DNA of 52,773 nucleotides, filler included, from Diploschistes diacapsis (taxonomy: Eukaryota), in assembly GCA_023645945.1 (NCBI GenBank). It is 3 parts of 3 records of this genome, joined end to end, with 100 filler letters (N's around TTAATTAATTAA, not from the genome) between each part and the next. Parts side by side here need not be neighbours in the genome. Positions count along the whole stretch, not along the records: positions 17,643 to 35,174 come from JALAIB010000453.1; positions 35,275 to 52,773 come from JALAIB010000454.1; 1 more part is not named here. One strand, written 5' to 3'. Shown here piece by piece: positions 23,790 to 35,422 of the stretch (positions are counted from its first letter, which is position 1; each line of letters begins with the position of its first letter). The notes beneath the pieces are model-generated. The model made no database searches. It was not told where the DNA came from and was given only the letters and a program-made list of their open reading frames with translations. A program made the position numbers and the translations under genes.

Positions 23790-26700
23790 CAAACAGCATT
23801 CAAGTCTCTTTAGACGCGTAATGGCTGTACACATCTGTCTTCACTATACGAGTCTCTCTAAGGAGCCTGCTAGATACGTCCCACACTCGTCGCCATCTTT
23901 ACCCCTTTTTGTCTTCGTCCTTTCTCTATTGTTCCTTTATTCCCTGCTCTCTTTCTCTTCTCCTCTGCTTCTTGGCCTTGGCCCACTCCCTTCTTGAAGG
24001 ACCACGGAAGTTCCTCTCAGGCGACTGTGGAGAGTGTACCACGAGTTTGCTGCTCTTAATGTGGGATGTTGAGAGACGCACAGTGACGTGCCCAACTTCG
24101 TTTTGGTCCCATTAACTAATTACAGCGTGAAGGCCATTCCTGTTTCGATCTTGTAAGAATAATTTGGTGATAATACAAGAATATTGTATGTGGAACAAGA
24201 GCCTCGTCTAAAGTCATACCTAATCTGCGTCTAGTTGTTTCTCCCACCTACCTGGACAGGATGGGCTACAGACTCGGAGAGTGAATCTTCCGGAGACAAA
24301 TTTCTTCTTTCAGTACGCTAAGGAAGATGAGTGAAGAAAGACGTAGGAAGCAAGTGTTTGGGAAACAGTAATCAATTGTCTATGTAATTGCATGGCTACC
24401 GTGAATTGTCTGAAGCAAATATCTAGAGCGGGTAATAACATCTGGCTAAGTCAGATAAAGCAGTTCCAGAGCCCCCCGAGGAAGTGTAAATCTAAGGGGG
24501 TTTTGGCAGTGGAAAGTAGCTGGTGAGGGGGCATGAATCCAGGAGTTCGTCTTCGCTACAGACACTTTTACTTCTTTCTCCGTTCCCTTAAAAGACCTCC
24601 CCCGTCGCCGGAAATTTAAAGACCTGCGCCACTTCATTCCAAGACTAGGAGCCCCATCCTAAAAGCAACGAAAACAGTCGTGGCAGCGGCTCTTGGAATA
24701 CCCCGGTTTTCTCGAGGGCTCTTCACCGTCCATGTTGAACCCCCCCCCCCCTGCCCATGCAGTCTGTAAACTACTCCCTACGGACCACTTGTACTCACAA
24801 CCTCATTGGGCCGAATGTGTCCCAAAGGACGGAGCCGCACGATAATCGCGAACGACGCCCTAGAAGTTGGTTGACTCGTCATATGGGATCCAACCTGGAT
24901 GCGAGGGCTGGCTGAAAAGATGGTACTTTTTCAAACAAGGGGTTCACGCAGAGTTACTGGTACTACATCTGTTTCCCAGCGGGGGGAGCGTTACGATTTC
25001 TTTGGATCAGACAGATAGAGATACATTGGATGCAAGCAAGCCAGCGTGTTATTTCCTGCTACCAGTATTTTTTTGTTTTCAAGGAAACTTTGACAGGTGA
25101 GTGGGTGGAAGCAGCGTGCTGTGATGCATTTTAGGTTTACCCTACCTACGCAGGAAGAATGCATCCCAATTCTCTCCTGGCATTCATTATGTATGGAGGG
25201 AGTCGGTCAGAGAATGCATGGGTCGAGGCAGGTACGCCATGTGTGAGATAGGACGCCACGTGAGAGAAGGGACAGGTACGATATATGTGAGGCAGATATA
25301 ATCTATGATTTGTATATTATATGATTCTTTCGTCGGCTTTAAAATTTTTAAATTCGGTCTTTTTCGATTCGATAACGACAGGCTTGAAGGTGAAGTGATC
25401 ACCTTCTTGCTTCGCTGTTCCTTCCACGCTTTTCTCATCAAACGATCTCTCTTGTTCGTCAGGATGCTCATAACAAGCGGTGACACAGCTTGTGATTCTC
25501 AGGATGCAAAGCCGCATGGCTTTGCACTGCGCTCGCCTATATACCGGACATCGTCACGCTGGGGCTCTCGATGGGGGCTATATGCAACGAACCCGGGGTA
25601 TCGCGGTTACCTCAACTGCCCGAGTCTTGCCTATCCATCGCTGAGACCTTTCCGTTGGAGAATCACTCCACCGACCGAAACGCCATGACTACTAATCAGA
25701 AGGGATCGTTCACGGGTCTCCAGATTCATGAGCCCCTTTTCCTGACCGAGCTGCAGGCGGCAACTTCACCTCCACATCTCCGTAAGACGTACAAACAGAT
25801 GCTCGAAAAGTACCGGCCGGTCGATACAGTAGTGGTATCGGAGCATGCGGCGAGCTGAGCCTTCAGAATCATCGGTGACGCCTGTGAGCCCAAGTTTAGC
25901 AGAAACTTCTCACCTGCTTGTTCCAAGTGCCGGCTTGTAATCCCGCTTGCCTAATTCCTCAGCTCGCTCAAGCAGAGCTCCATTGAGGCTGGTTACTGGC
26001 ACCATTGTTGGTTCCCATTGGTAGCACCTTACAACTCAGAGACTCGTCCTTCTCCAAGTGGACGGCGCCAAGGTCTGCGACTTTCCCAGTCTTTGCTACG
26101 ACAGGATCGTGAGAGTGGCAATGCGGTGGCGTGATGACTTCTCTTCACGACGAACCCAACGTGCTGGGATATCCCTCAGCTCCCTCGCCTTCGGAGTCGC
26201 AACTCTTGCGGAACGGCGACGCCGCTTTAGGAGCGGGTCATCCTCGAGCGGCGTATGAAACCCTGCAGGAGTAGCAGGCCATTTCCGGGTTGGCGCAGTT
26301 TGTGGAATGCTAGTGTCGACATGAGGTTAGAGGACCTCGCCGTCACGCTTCCTGGGTAAGACTTCCCCCAGCGCCACGTCTTCTACGACATGAGGTCCTC
26401 ATCATGCCCTTCACGATTCGAATAGCTGAAGAAAGAAAAAGCTAGCTACGGGTCGTGGTGGCAGGATACCGAGTGTGGGAGCTCGCGCGACCGGGATAAC
26501 GTTCTAACGTATATCGTGTGCCTGGCGGTGAGAATGCCCTAGATGCTATGAAATGCTATGGAGCGCTATGGAGCGTCGTTCTGCTGTTCGATTGAACGGT
26601 TTTGGCACGTTATTTTGGCGCATGAGAACGAGAGCGGTATTTATGTTGCCGCCGTGTCTGAGAGCGGTTAGAGTGAAGCGGAATGGACGGGGTCAGCGTT

Positions 26701-27583
26701 TGAACGGCGGAAACAACTTCGGAAAGAATAAATTTAATGGGAAGCCCCCCACACATCTATCTATCTGCTTCTGCGATGAGTCATGACGAGCGCTGTCCCC
26801 GTCTCTTTCCGACATTTCATTCGTCGGAAGCTTCAATCGCCAATGCTGGCGCCTAGGCCGCAGCGTCATTGCCGGATATCCTGCTCATAAAAGCTTCAGG
26901 TCCGGCATACGGAAGAGTGATACTGCTACTCCTCCACATTAATCAATCAAACTCGCTTTTCACATCCACAGGACATTTAAACTCAAGACTACAGAATTTG
27001 CGTAAGGGTTTCATTTCTGGAAAGTCTGACTACGACTGGAAAGACTGAAATTTGAGCAGAAAATGTGTACCTGGGTGGTTTCCACAACGAAGTATACCGG
27101 ATGCCCTTCATCAGGTAACACAACAAGTACCGACCTGGTTAAAATGTGAAGCCGCACGCCAGTCGGGCAACAACATGCGCAAACCCCGGGACGAGTACGT
27201 TAGCCTCAACCACTGGTCGCAATATGTGTCCCAATCATCGGGACGAAGGCTATTCCCGGCGCTAAGGGGAGCGCAATCTCTGCGGTTTTGGACTGCTTTG
27301 GTGGTTTACGATGGCAGCAGGTGGAACTGTGGTATGGTGGGGTAACCTGAAAAGAAGTTGATGAGCAAACATCGGATAAATATATATATATATATTAAGA
27401 TGGTCCTTCATTTGTAACACGCTCATTACACCATGCCAAGGTATCTTACACATGGCAGATGTTGCAGAAGGAGGTAATACACTGAATATATAGCGTACAG
27501 GTAGCCACCTCCCATCTCTTCCGCGGACAGTATGGTTATGCCGTAAGCGTGGTGGCATTACCGAAGAAAAAGCATGTGATTTT

Positions 27584-28594
27584 TTACTGCGTGTCTGGGA
27601 TAACTTGGGCCGACGAGCGCTTGACAAGTTCGATGATCATCTTAGCCGATTCGGCTTCCTGTCTCCAGCATAGTGCAATAATCTCTGCGAAGGGCACGCC
27701 GCCTAGTTCCGGAAACACTCCATCCTTATAGAGTTTCTCCACCTGGTCTTCGTCAGTTAGTTCGTTATACGGCTCATGCCCGGTGGCGATGAAGTAGATT
27801 GTCGAGCCCAAAGCGAAAAGGTCCTCTTTGATCGTCGCCGACTGCATGTGTCTCTCAGCCAGGCTCGGCAGCCTGTATCTCACTCCCGGAACAACCATGG
27901 CCCGCGAGCCATCCAAGGAAGACCCGCCGAAGTCACAGATCTTGAGACTGAGATCGACATCCAGCAGAAAATTGTGCGGCCCGACATCACCCTGAATGAC
28001 GCCGTGGGAGTGTAGATGCTCAACACCCTCACTGGCCTCCATGGCCCACTGTTTCCTCTGGGCTGGCGATATCTTTTGTCCATACTTCTTAACGTATTCC
28101 ATGAGATTGCCGCGAGGCATGTATTCCAGCGTCAATGTGTGGTCGACGGGATCCCAGTGTTTAAGTTGTACCAGTGGGGGATGTGCTCCAAGTCTCTCGT
28201 ATATTTGCGCCTCGATCGCCATCTCTTGCCTGCAGTCTGATGCTGTTGGACGGCCCGTCCAAGGAGACTTGATAACATCTCCCGACTTAAGACGTTCTAC
28301 AAGTCCCGTCACCCCCCCACCGAGGAACTCGCCCTTCCCCTGTATAATATTGGCATTTTTTTAAGCTCCTTGATAGAGACAGGCTTGCCATTGAAGATGA
28401 GGTCCTGAGGGTTGATACCTGCTTCGCCATCCGGGCCGTCCGGGCTGGTGTGATCGCAGGCTACAAATGCACGCATGGTTAGCTTACCCAGTGGGCAATG
28501 GTGGACCGCTCTCTGAGGAAGCTCTACCTAGCGAAATTGCTGCCTTTGAGAACATTGCTTTCAATGTGGAGCTGATCAAGTTGCACCAGCTCAT
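27584..28594 (-). CDS. Ser/Thr protein kinase-like gene (accessory fungal kinase) with an apparent frameshift in an A7 run
   Basis: Gly loop FLGGGVTGLV, VIKSPW, EAQIYERLGAHP, LEYMPRGNL, IQGDVGPHNFLL, KICDFGGSS, EDLFALGSTIYFIATGHEPY. Inferred exon 1 28594-28528 and intron 28527-28461 (GTAGAG...GCTAAC...TAG). The frame breaks at the T7 run at 28356-28362. Confidence 0.8.
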
Positions 28595-28734
28595 CGGTCT
28601 CCTTCCATTGGCCCGGATGGGTGTGGTTGCTCCCGCGCAGTCGTGGCTGCAGTCGCATTTGCTGAAAGCCTTGTTGTAAAGGTTGTAACTAGCGGAACAA
28701 TCATTTCCCGCAATGCAGAGTTCACGCGACAGAG

Positions 28735-28827
28735 GGGTGTGATATTGCAAAGCGCCCAGTTTAGTACAGCTAGGCCACATAGCCAAATGACCAATAATAC
28801 TGGTGTGCCAGTATTGAACTAAACTGA
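28735..28827. repeat. Structured ~93-bp terminal repeat, copy 1
   Basis: CAGTTTAGT (28757-28765) pairs with ACTAAACTG (28818-28826). Inner hairpins are GCTA-ggccaca-TAGC and AATACTGG-tgtg-CCAGTATT. Ends CTGA followed by TATATATA. Confidence 0.9.
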
Positions 28828-29558
28828 TATATATAGCAAAACCACAGGAATCATATCGGAATAGCCTACTGCAGCGAAAACACCTCAACAGCGAGAACTC
28901 GAATTCTTGGACATCGAAGCTGGGAGGGGTGGGAGGCGGTAAGAAGTGATCAGATCGTAAGTAGAAGAACTACGTTAACTATGAGAGAGCAAATGCAGCG
29001 CCCACGGAGTGCTCTATAGTCCCTCGATGGTCATTTAGGGTTGTTGATAGACCTATTCACTGTTTCTTGTTTGGACCGGGGGGGAGGTGGGAGGGTATGG
29101 CTTTTTTTATGACTTATAATATATGGCGGGTGTAGTTTGAGCAAATCAGAATACGCCATCATTCAACCTCTCTATCACGCCTGTTTTCTTTCCGTTTTGT
29201 CTATCAGTTAATAAAAAATATGTATAGTATATACGCTCCCGACACATTCTAATACAAAACTGCATTCTGTGCCCCCCCCCGAAAACTCACTGGAGGCTCA
29301 ATACTCAATGCTTCCCTGCCAAACGCCTCCGTGGTCCTACTCGCCAATTGCCGCAACGTAGTGCAACGAAACTTGACTGCCCTATGCCGGAGTACAGCCT
29401 TCATTGGACCGCCGGGCTTGTACACCATAGCCACCTTGAACCGTCCCTTGTTCTCTTCATCTCCACCTGTTCCCGTCGCCTTCCGTTCCTTCCTCCCCTC
29501 TCTCTATCCATTCTCCTCGACCGCCCCCGAATCACACGATCGTGTCCGCCCTTCCCAT

Positions 29559-30179
29559 CTACTTCCGAGGATCGGGCACACTGCCCTGTGACATCGTCTG
29601 CGGCGCCGTCTGCACGGGCGCTGCGGCGGCGGCCGGGCCCTCTGGCACCTTCACGTCCGAGAAATCATCCTGTTTCACGGCGTAGAAGGTAAAGGAATCT
29701 AGTTCTCGATTAAAATGATACTTTTCCCACCATAAGTTCCCTGTCCACTTGTGCGGGGGGATACTTAGTAGGAGTAAAACGGGGAAGGAGGCCTCGATGG
29801 GTACGAATGCGCTTTGCTTGAATTCGAGACGGAGCAGCCAAAAAGAGAGAAGAGGAGGGTGAGAGATGATTTGCATGCTAAAGGGGCAGTTGCTTCAAGG
29901 AAGACGTACAGATACTCATGGCGAAGGCGAAGAGGCCAAGGCCGGTGAAGATGTTCTTTATAAGGTATGGCTGGCGCGCGCGGATGAGGGCGGCGGTTTG
30001 CCGGTAGTCTTTTGTGTAATAGGAGGATCGCGGGAGACTTGCAGGAAGTGAGCATTAGCTTGGAGCTTGGGTAGGAGAGATGCAGGGAGGGAGAGGTAGG
30101 AGCATGATAGCGTCCGCTGACGTTGCCGGCATGTGAACCTGCGATATAGCATGCGGTAGGAAGGGACTTACATCCCCAT
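29559..30179 (-). CDS. COA3: Cytochrome c oxidase assembly factor 3 (Coa3/Cox25), 3 exons, 91 aa
   Basis: Exons 30179-30172, 30037-29910 and 29698-29559 (GTAAGT..AAG and GTACGT..TAG introns) give MGILPRSSYYTKDYRQTAALIRARQPYLIKNIFTGLGLFAFAMSIYSFTFYAVKQDDFSDVKVP...RK*. RARQPYLxKN and QDDFSDV are Coa3 signatures. Confidence 0.9.
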
Positions 30180-30787
30180 TGCTTTTGCTCGCCCTACTAT
30201 TGTAGCAGGTGTTGGTTTATGATAGTTGATTCGGGAGTTGGAGATCTATGATGCCCAAAGCAAATCCTTTAGATGTAGTAGGGCTACATCGTCGGAGCTT
30301 GGGCAAGGTCACGTGTAAAGCGGACAATGCAGGATTGCGGAAAAACGACAGCTCCAGAAGAAGATTAGCGACTTACAGGGATAGCTACAAAATACCGATC
30401 CTTGAATATCAAAGCATTTTTTTAACTCAGACTCTATTCACACCCCATCCATCGGCGTCGACAAACCGTTAAAAGGCATTGGAAAGTTATCGGGTGTTTG
30501 TTGCTGGCTTGAATTCTCTACGCCCGCTTAAGACGCGCTCTTCATTCCATGCTGACCTCAAGCTTCGTTCTCGCTTTGCATATCATTTATTGTCCTGCCA
30601 CAATACGTGTAGAAGCCCTTTGTTCTTGAACGCCTCGACCCCCGACGATTATTCAGTCTACTCTAATGTCTTCACAACCGTCCGTCTCGGCCTCCAGAAA
30701 TAGCCATTCAGCCGAGCCTACCAGCTCCTCGTAGCTTCCCCAAGCCTTTGCCTCGTCTTCCAATCTCGACGCTCTAAAACCCCCAAC

Positions 30788-33440
30788 ATGGCCGAAGCCA
30801 TCGCCAAGCAACTATCCCAGCTCGAGGAGGCTCGAAAACATGTGCTTGCCGACGCGGTCCACTACTCCGCTATTATCCCCGGCATCCTCCCTATCATCGG
30901 CTCCAAAGCGCACCTCGACATCCGAAGATGGGGTACGGAATTTCTAGCAGAAGGCTTCGCAAGCCCGGTACTTCAAATACACGCAAAAGAGGCACTGAGT
31001 GTGCAGGTATTGCCGCTACTGAGGGAGCTGCTGGACAATCCTGCGGAGGATGAATACGTAGTTAAAAGCGTGGTACAGACCGCGGCCAGCATTTATGGAC
31101 TGGTATTCAGGCATATGTATGTGGATTTCTACAAGTCTAGCCCATCGTTATATTTCAACATACTCGCGGCTCTGGTTTCGTCTCCGCTGAATCCAACGGC
31201 CACATCTAATATTTGTTCATAGAACGAACAACCCGCAAAACGCCCCAGCCTGGGCCGAAATGGCCGCCATCAAATCCAGCATACTCAAGAGATTTGATAC
31301 GGCCGCTGTCGGTGTCCGGGTCTGCTGCATTAAATTTGTTCAACGGGTGGTGCTTGTTCAGACGCCGGGAGTAATTACAGATCCAAGAGTACGTGATCGA
31401 TCCGTAATCACGAAAGGGCACAAAGGCTGATTAAGAGCCACAGAGACCAGAGCTGAATGAGATATCGCTGGCTCTAGTTCCTCGGGACCATCCCCTGATA
31501 CCACCCCCGAACCTTGAAGCAGAAGCCTCTGGCTTACTTGACAGGCTGCTAGAGGTGTTCTACGAAGAGAAGAGGTAAGATTGCATACTTCCTAGGTAGA
31601 GCGAAATATCTGATGCAGCTGAACTAGCAACGCCATTTTGGTGGATGCGACCCTCAACTGCCTGTCCCTCCTTGTCCGCGCGCGCCAAACGATCTCCAGC
31701 AAGATCATCTCCGCGGTCCTGAATTTCAACCCCCTCAAACACGTACAAAATGGCATGACCGGTAAAGACAAGGTTCTCATCAAGTCCATGGAGAGAACTG
31801 TCCGGTCGTTTCTCATGAACATCTACCGAAGGTTAGTCTTTGCATTTTTGACCAATTGGACATGAGCTTATGCATACAGGAGCCCTACCGGCCCATTCGC
31901 CGCCCGGATACAGCAACACGTCGATCGGCTAGCATCCGCGCGTCTAGAACTCTTTGAAGAAGGCAATAGGAAACGTGGACCTCCTGAGCCCATAGATGGT
32001 CTTGAAGGTGCTAAACGTGCTCGTCTCGGCGCGCAGCTCAACGACCGGTCAAACATCCCACCATTGCCTGCCGGACCAGTGAGCATAGCACAGCTGTACA
32101 CCCTGACACGCGAGGAAGCTCTCAAATCCTTCGATGTGACACTTATTCCTCTGGACCTTATCGTCAAGATTGCTCTAACGATATACCAAAACGTTGACGC
32201 TTCACATCTGGATGCGGCGGTCAACGCCGTGCGATCGAGGTATCTTGACATTAGTCGCCAGCCGCCAGCGCCAGGGCCAGCTCTCATTCCTGTTGACCCA
32301 GCTTATGAAGACGATGACGACTATGAGCCGGAATATCAGCCAGAGCCAGAAGAAGACGAAGACCAAGTCCGAAACAGACTTGAGCCATCACCTGCCGATG
32401 AAGAAACCAAACCAGAAGCTGATCTAGCACTAAAGGCCTTTAAGCTAGCGCAACCACCGCCCATTACATACGAAGAAGCAGAGAGCATGGGCAAGGGAGC
32501 TATATCGCGAGTGTTTATTATGATGAATAGACTTGAGGAGCCCGCCAAAGCACAGAAAGCAGGGCTAAACAGGCTTGCTGGCAGCAACTTCGATAGGGAA
32601 GCTTGGGTTACAATGATCACACGGCTAGCGACAAGAACAAGTCCCACTTTGCCGGACAATGACAACGTTGAGGAATCGGACAAAGGTGTCTTAGTACGAG
32701 CGCAAGGGCACTCACTAGGGGACGGCATTCGCGAGACGTTGTGGAAGTACGTGGTTGAGGACTTCCGACATCGGATAGATGTGGCTATATCGTGGCTCAA
32801 CGAAGAATGGTACAACGATCGAATACAGAGTGGAGCTGCTGGCAGGGCGGAAGCCACCAATGGCAAGCCGCAAGGGCCAATCGCGAAAGCAAACTATGAA
32901 AAATGGACACTTAAATTACTAGACGCCATCGTTCCCTACTTGGATGCTAACGACAAAGTGCTTGTGCGCTTTCTAGGAGAGATTCCCGATATTAGCCAAA
33001 CGGTGCTAGATCGGGTCAAGAACCTAGCGAGGGATCCTGATAGGGTGTCGTTGGCTGTGAAAGCCATTTAGTGAGTCTTCTTAATCACGTCAGAGGGCCC
33101 CATCTAATCTTCGATGCAGCTACCTCGTTGCCTTCAAACCGCCAGCAAAGGAAATGGCAATCAATGCTTTGGAGGATCTCTGGAACAACTGTAGGCTGAA
33201 TCTCTACGTTAGAACCAATCCCCACTAACTGCGGCACTAGACGAGGAAGCTAAGGCTTCCGTAAGGCCCCTTTTAGCGAGAGTTCGCCCAAGCGCGCTAG
33301 TAGAAGCTGCCCCCTCAGCTATCAAAAAGGAAGGCTCCTCAACGCCGGCATCACTCAAGGAATTGACACCTACCAGTCGAGCAACGGAATCGCCTACGCC
33401 GCAAAAGACGCTGTCGCCGAACCCCGTCGTTGCAGGTTAA
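30788..33440 (+). CDS. PTA1: Symplekin/Pta1, mRNA cleavage and polyadenylation factor scaffold, 7 exons
   Basis: QLEEARKHVLADAVHYSAIIPGILPII, VVKSVVQTAASIY, GVRVCCIKFVQRVVLVQTPG, NEISLALVPRDHPLI..PNLEAEASGLLDRLL, IKSMERTVRSFLMN, AISWLNEEWYND, LVRFLGEIP and LARDPDRV. GT-AG introns; TAA at 33438-33440. Confidence 0.9.
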
Positions 33441-34181
33441 GCATGTCCAGCGACTGGATTGTGGATGCGAGATGCTCATTACATTGCTGGGATACTTCGC
33501 AACGGCGCCGCGGCGTACGATGATTGCCCTTGGATTACTGTAGCACTGGGACATCTGGGCGAAGTGCTGCTTATTATTGGGCTGGACCTTTTACTACCAA
33601 GATACCAGGTTGTTTGGATTGCATTTGCCGGTTCGTGGTGCTGGATGACCTTTCTTGCTGCGGTGTTCCTTCTTGGTTGTTTGGAGAAGCCGACTGAGGT
33701 AAGCTAACTACAAGCTGGATTCAAGGAGATGGAATGAATAGATTTCTCTGGTGCTCCATAGTGGGGTTATAAAATCAAGCAAGGAGCAAAGAGATCTGGC
33801 GACTCACACTACAATAGCTATTTTTAGTTCCGAAGCAAGTCACGAATACGCTTGGCTATTATATACATTGAGTGCCTCGACGATTGAGCGCCTTGATGGG
33901 GCTTCACGGATCGCCCGACGACCCATTATTCTGCAGCCTTTTGGTTCTTAGATCCATCGGGCGTTTTGGGTCGCTCCTAAATGCAACACCCAACCTACTA
34001 CGTATGCTGCGTATGTTGTATGTTTTTTGCATACGCATCTAAAACCGAAGAGCTTTTGTTAAAAAGAGTGGGTGTAATGATCCCAAATTAGGTAATATTG
34101 GCTGATGAAATACAGTCAGGTGCCAAAAGTAGTTAGGTCCTTTTCAATCCTCACCAAAACCGATCAAATTAATACCTAAAT

Positions 34182-34447
34182 TAGGCTGGCCGTTTCGTGC
34201 CACGGTCACTGACACGGACACTATAACAAAAAATTTTAAAACACGGATACTAACACGGACATTATAGTTAAAATTTTAAAACACGGATATTAATATGGAC
34301 ATTATATTTCCGTAAATTCACGAACACGGACACCGTAATTAAAAAATTTAAAGCACGGATATTAATACGCACACCGTAATTAAAAAATTTAAAATACGGA
34401 TATTAATACGGATATTATATTTCCGTGAATCCACGGACACGGATACT
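34182..34447 (+). mobile_element. AT-rich, RIP-like DNA-transposon end with a subterminal repeat array (ACACGGAYAY units); hAT-like
   Basis: Starts TAGGCTGGCCGTTTCGTG. About ten ACACGGAC/ATACGGAT variants lie in ~39-40-bp higher-order units with AAAATTTTAAA spacers, and variants differ by C->T/G->A. Confidence 0.6.
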
Positions 34448-34582
34448 GTTTGGTAACGTAATAGATATATTGAAGTCTAGAGGTCTTATCCTAGGAAATA
34501 TCCTATTGTGCAGACTTTTATCCTTCACGGTGTGCGTTAAGCCCTATTACCTTAACCGGTCTAGTCCGAATTCTAGTAGGTT

Positions 34583-35140
34583 TAGGGGGGAAGTTCAGCT
34601 GAACTGAACTTCCTGGTTCACCTGACCTGAACCTTCCGGAATTGGGTCGAGCCTATCATACCTTCTACCTATCCGCTTAACACTTTTTTACAGACGGAAT
34701 CATTTAGCATGTCTAGCCTAACTAGATATCTTTTTAATCTAGGCCGAGTTTGAATAAATTAATAACTTCGTACGAAACAATCCGTTTGTTAAATAAATTA
34801 TTTTTTATTTTATTGCCCTTTTTGGTCGAATAAGTTCAGTATTAGTTCAGCCGAACTTTTAATAATTATCGAAGAACATCGAGCAGGTTTAATAATAAAT
34901 ATAATTAAATTCTCGATATTGACGAAGATGTCGAAAAGGTTCAGCGACGGTATAATTGAATATCGATCATTATCGGAGATCGAAAGGTTCTAACGGCGAA
35001 GATAACGTTTCGGTTAAATTTCGAAAATTATTAAAAAATTAATTAAATCTAATAACGTAAATAACGATACTATTAATTATCGAAAGTTAACGAAAATAAT
35101 CGATAGGATTCAGCGTAAAAGGTTAATTAAACTTCGATTA
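34583..35140 (+). mobile_element. Second RIP-like transposon remnant with GTTCAG/TGAAC subterminal motifs; hAT-like
   Basis: TAGGGGGGAAGTTCAGCTGAACTGAACTTCCTGGTTCACCTGACCTGAACC followed by very AT-rich, TpA-rich, CpA-poor sequence with recurring (G)GTTCAG. Confidence 0.5.
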
Positions 35141-35174
35141 TTGTTGAGCAGGCAGGCAGAATGCATGGCTGGGA

Positions 35175-35274
35175 NNNNNNNNNNNNNNNNNNNNNNNNNN
35201 NNNNNNNNNNNNNNNNNNTTAATTAATTAANNNNNNNNNNNNNNNNNNNNNNNNNNNNNNNNNNNNNNNNNNNN
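35175..35274. other. Artificial assembly linker (44 N + TTAATTAATTAA + 44 N)
   Basis: Same construct as 17543-17642. Confidence 0.97.
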
Positions 35275-35422
35275 ACATATAACAACTCACCCGGGGGGGC
35301 GGGTGTAACCTGCGCCGTCCACGCCGCGCCGCCGGGCGAGCGGCTGCCGTATTCCCCGTGGGGGTCAGGTTGCGCGGCGAACCTAGGCCACGGTGCCGTT
35401 GCCGTCGCGCTCGCCCCAGTAC

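Larger units (their letters stand above)
27381..28835. mobile_element. (TA)n-flanked 1.4-kb segment carrying a kinase gene and a structured terminus; candidate non-autonomous Helitron-like element
   Basis: (TA)7 at 27381-27394 and (TA)4 at 28828-28835 enclose the kinase gene. 28735-28827 is near-identical to 35423-35516, which also abuts a (TA)n tract. Confidence 0.5.
17643..29300 (+). mobile_element. Putative degraded Starship (captain plus downstream accessory genes); boundaries not resolved
   Basis: The captain-type gene is the first gene of a ~11.7-kb block of accessory and decayed genes that ends before the 3' end of the core gene COA3. The left edge coincides with an assembly linker. 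No target-site direct repeat was identified. Confidence 0.5.

Noticed and set aside
28735..28827. tRNA, 5S rRNA or hammerhead ribozyme
   Set aside because: No TTC T-loop or cloverleaf, no 5S similarity, no CTGANGA/GAAA core.
29035..29043. TTAGGGTTG as a telomeric repeat or telomerase template
   Set aside because: A single imperfect 1.5-unit match, expected by chance.
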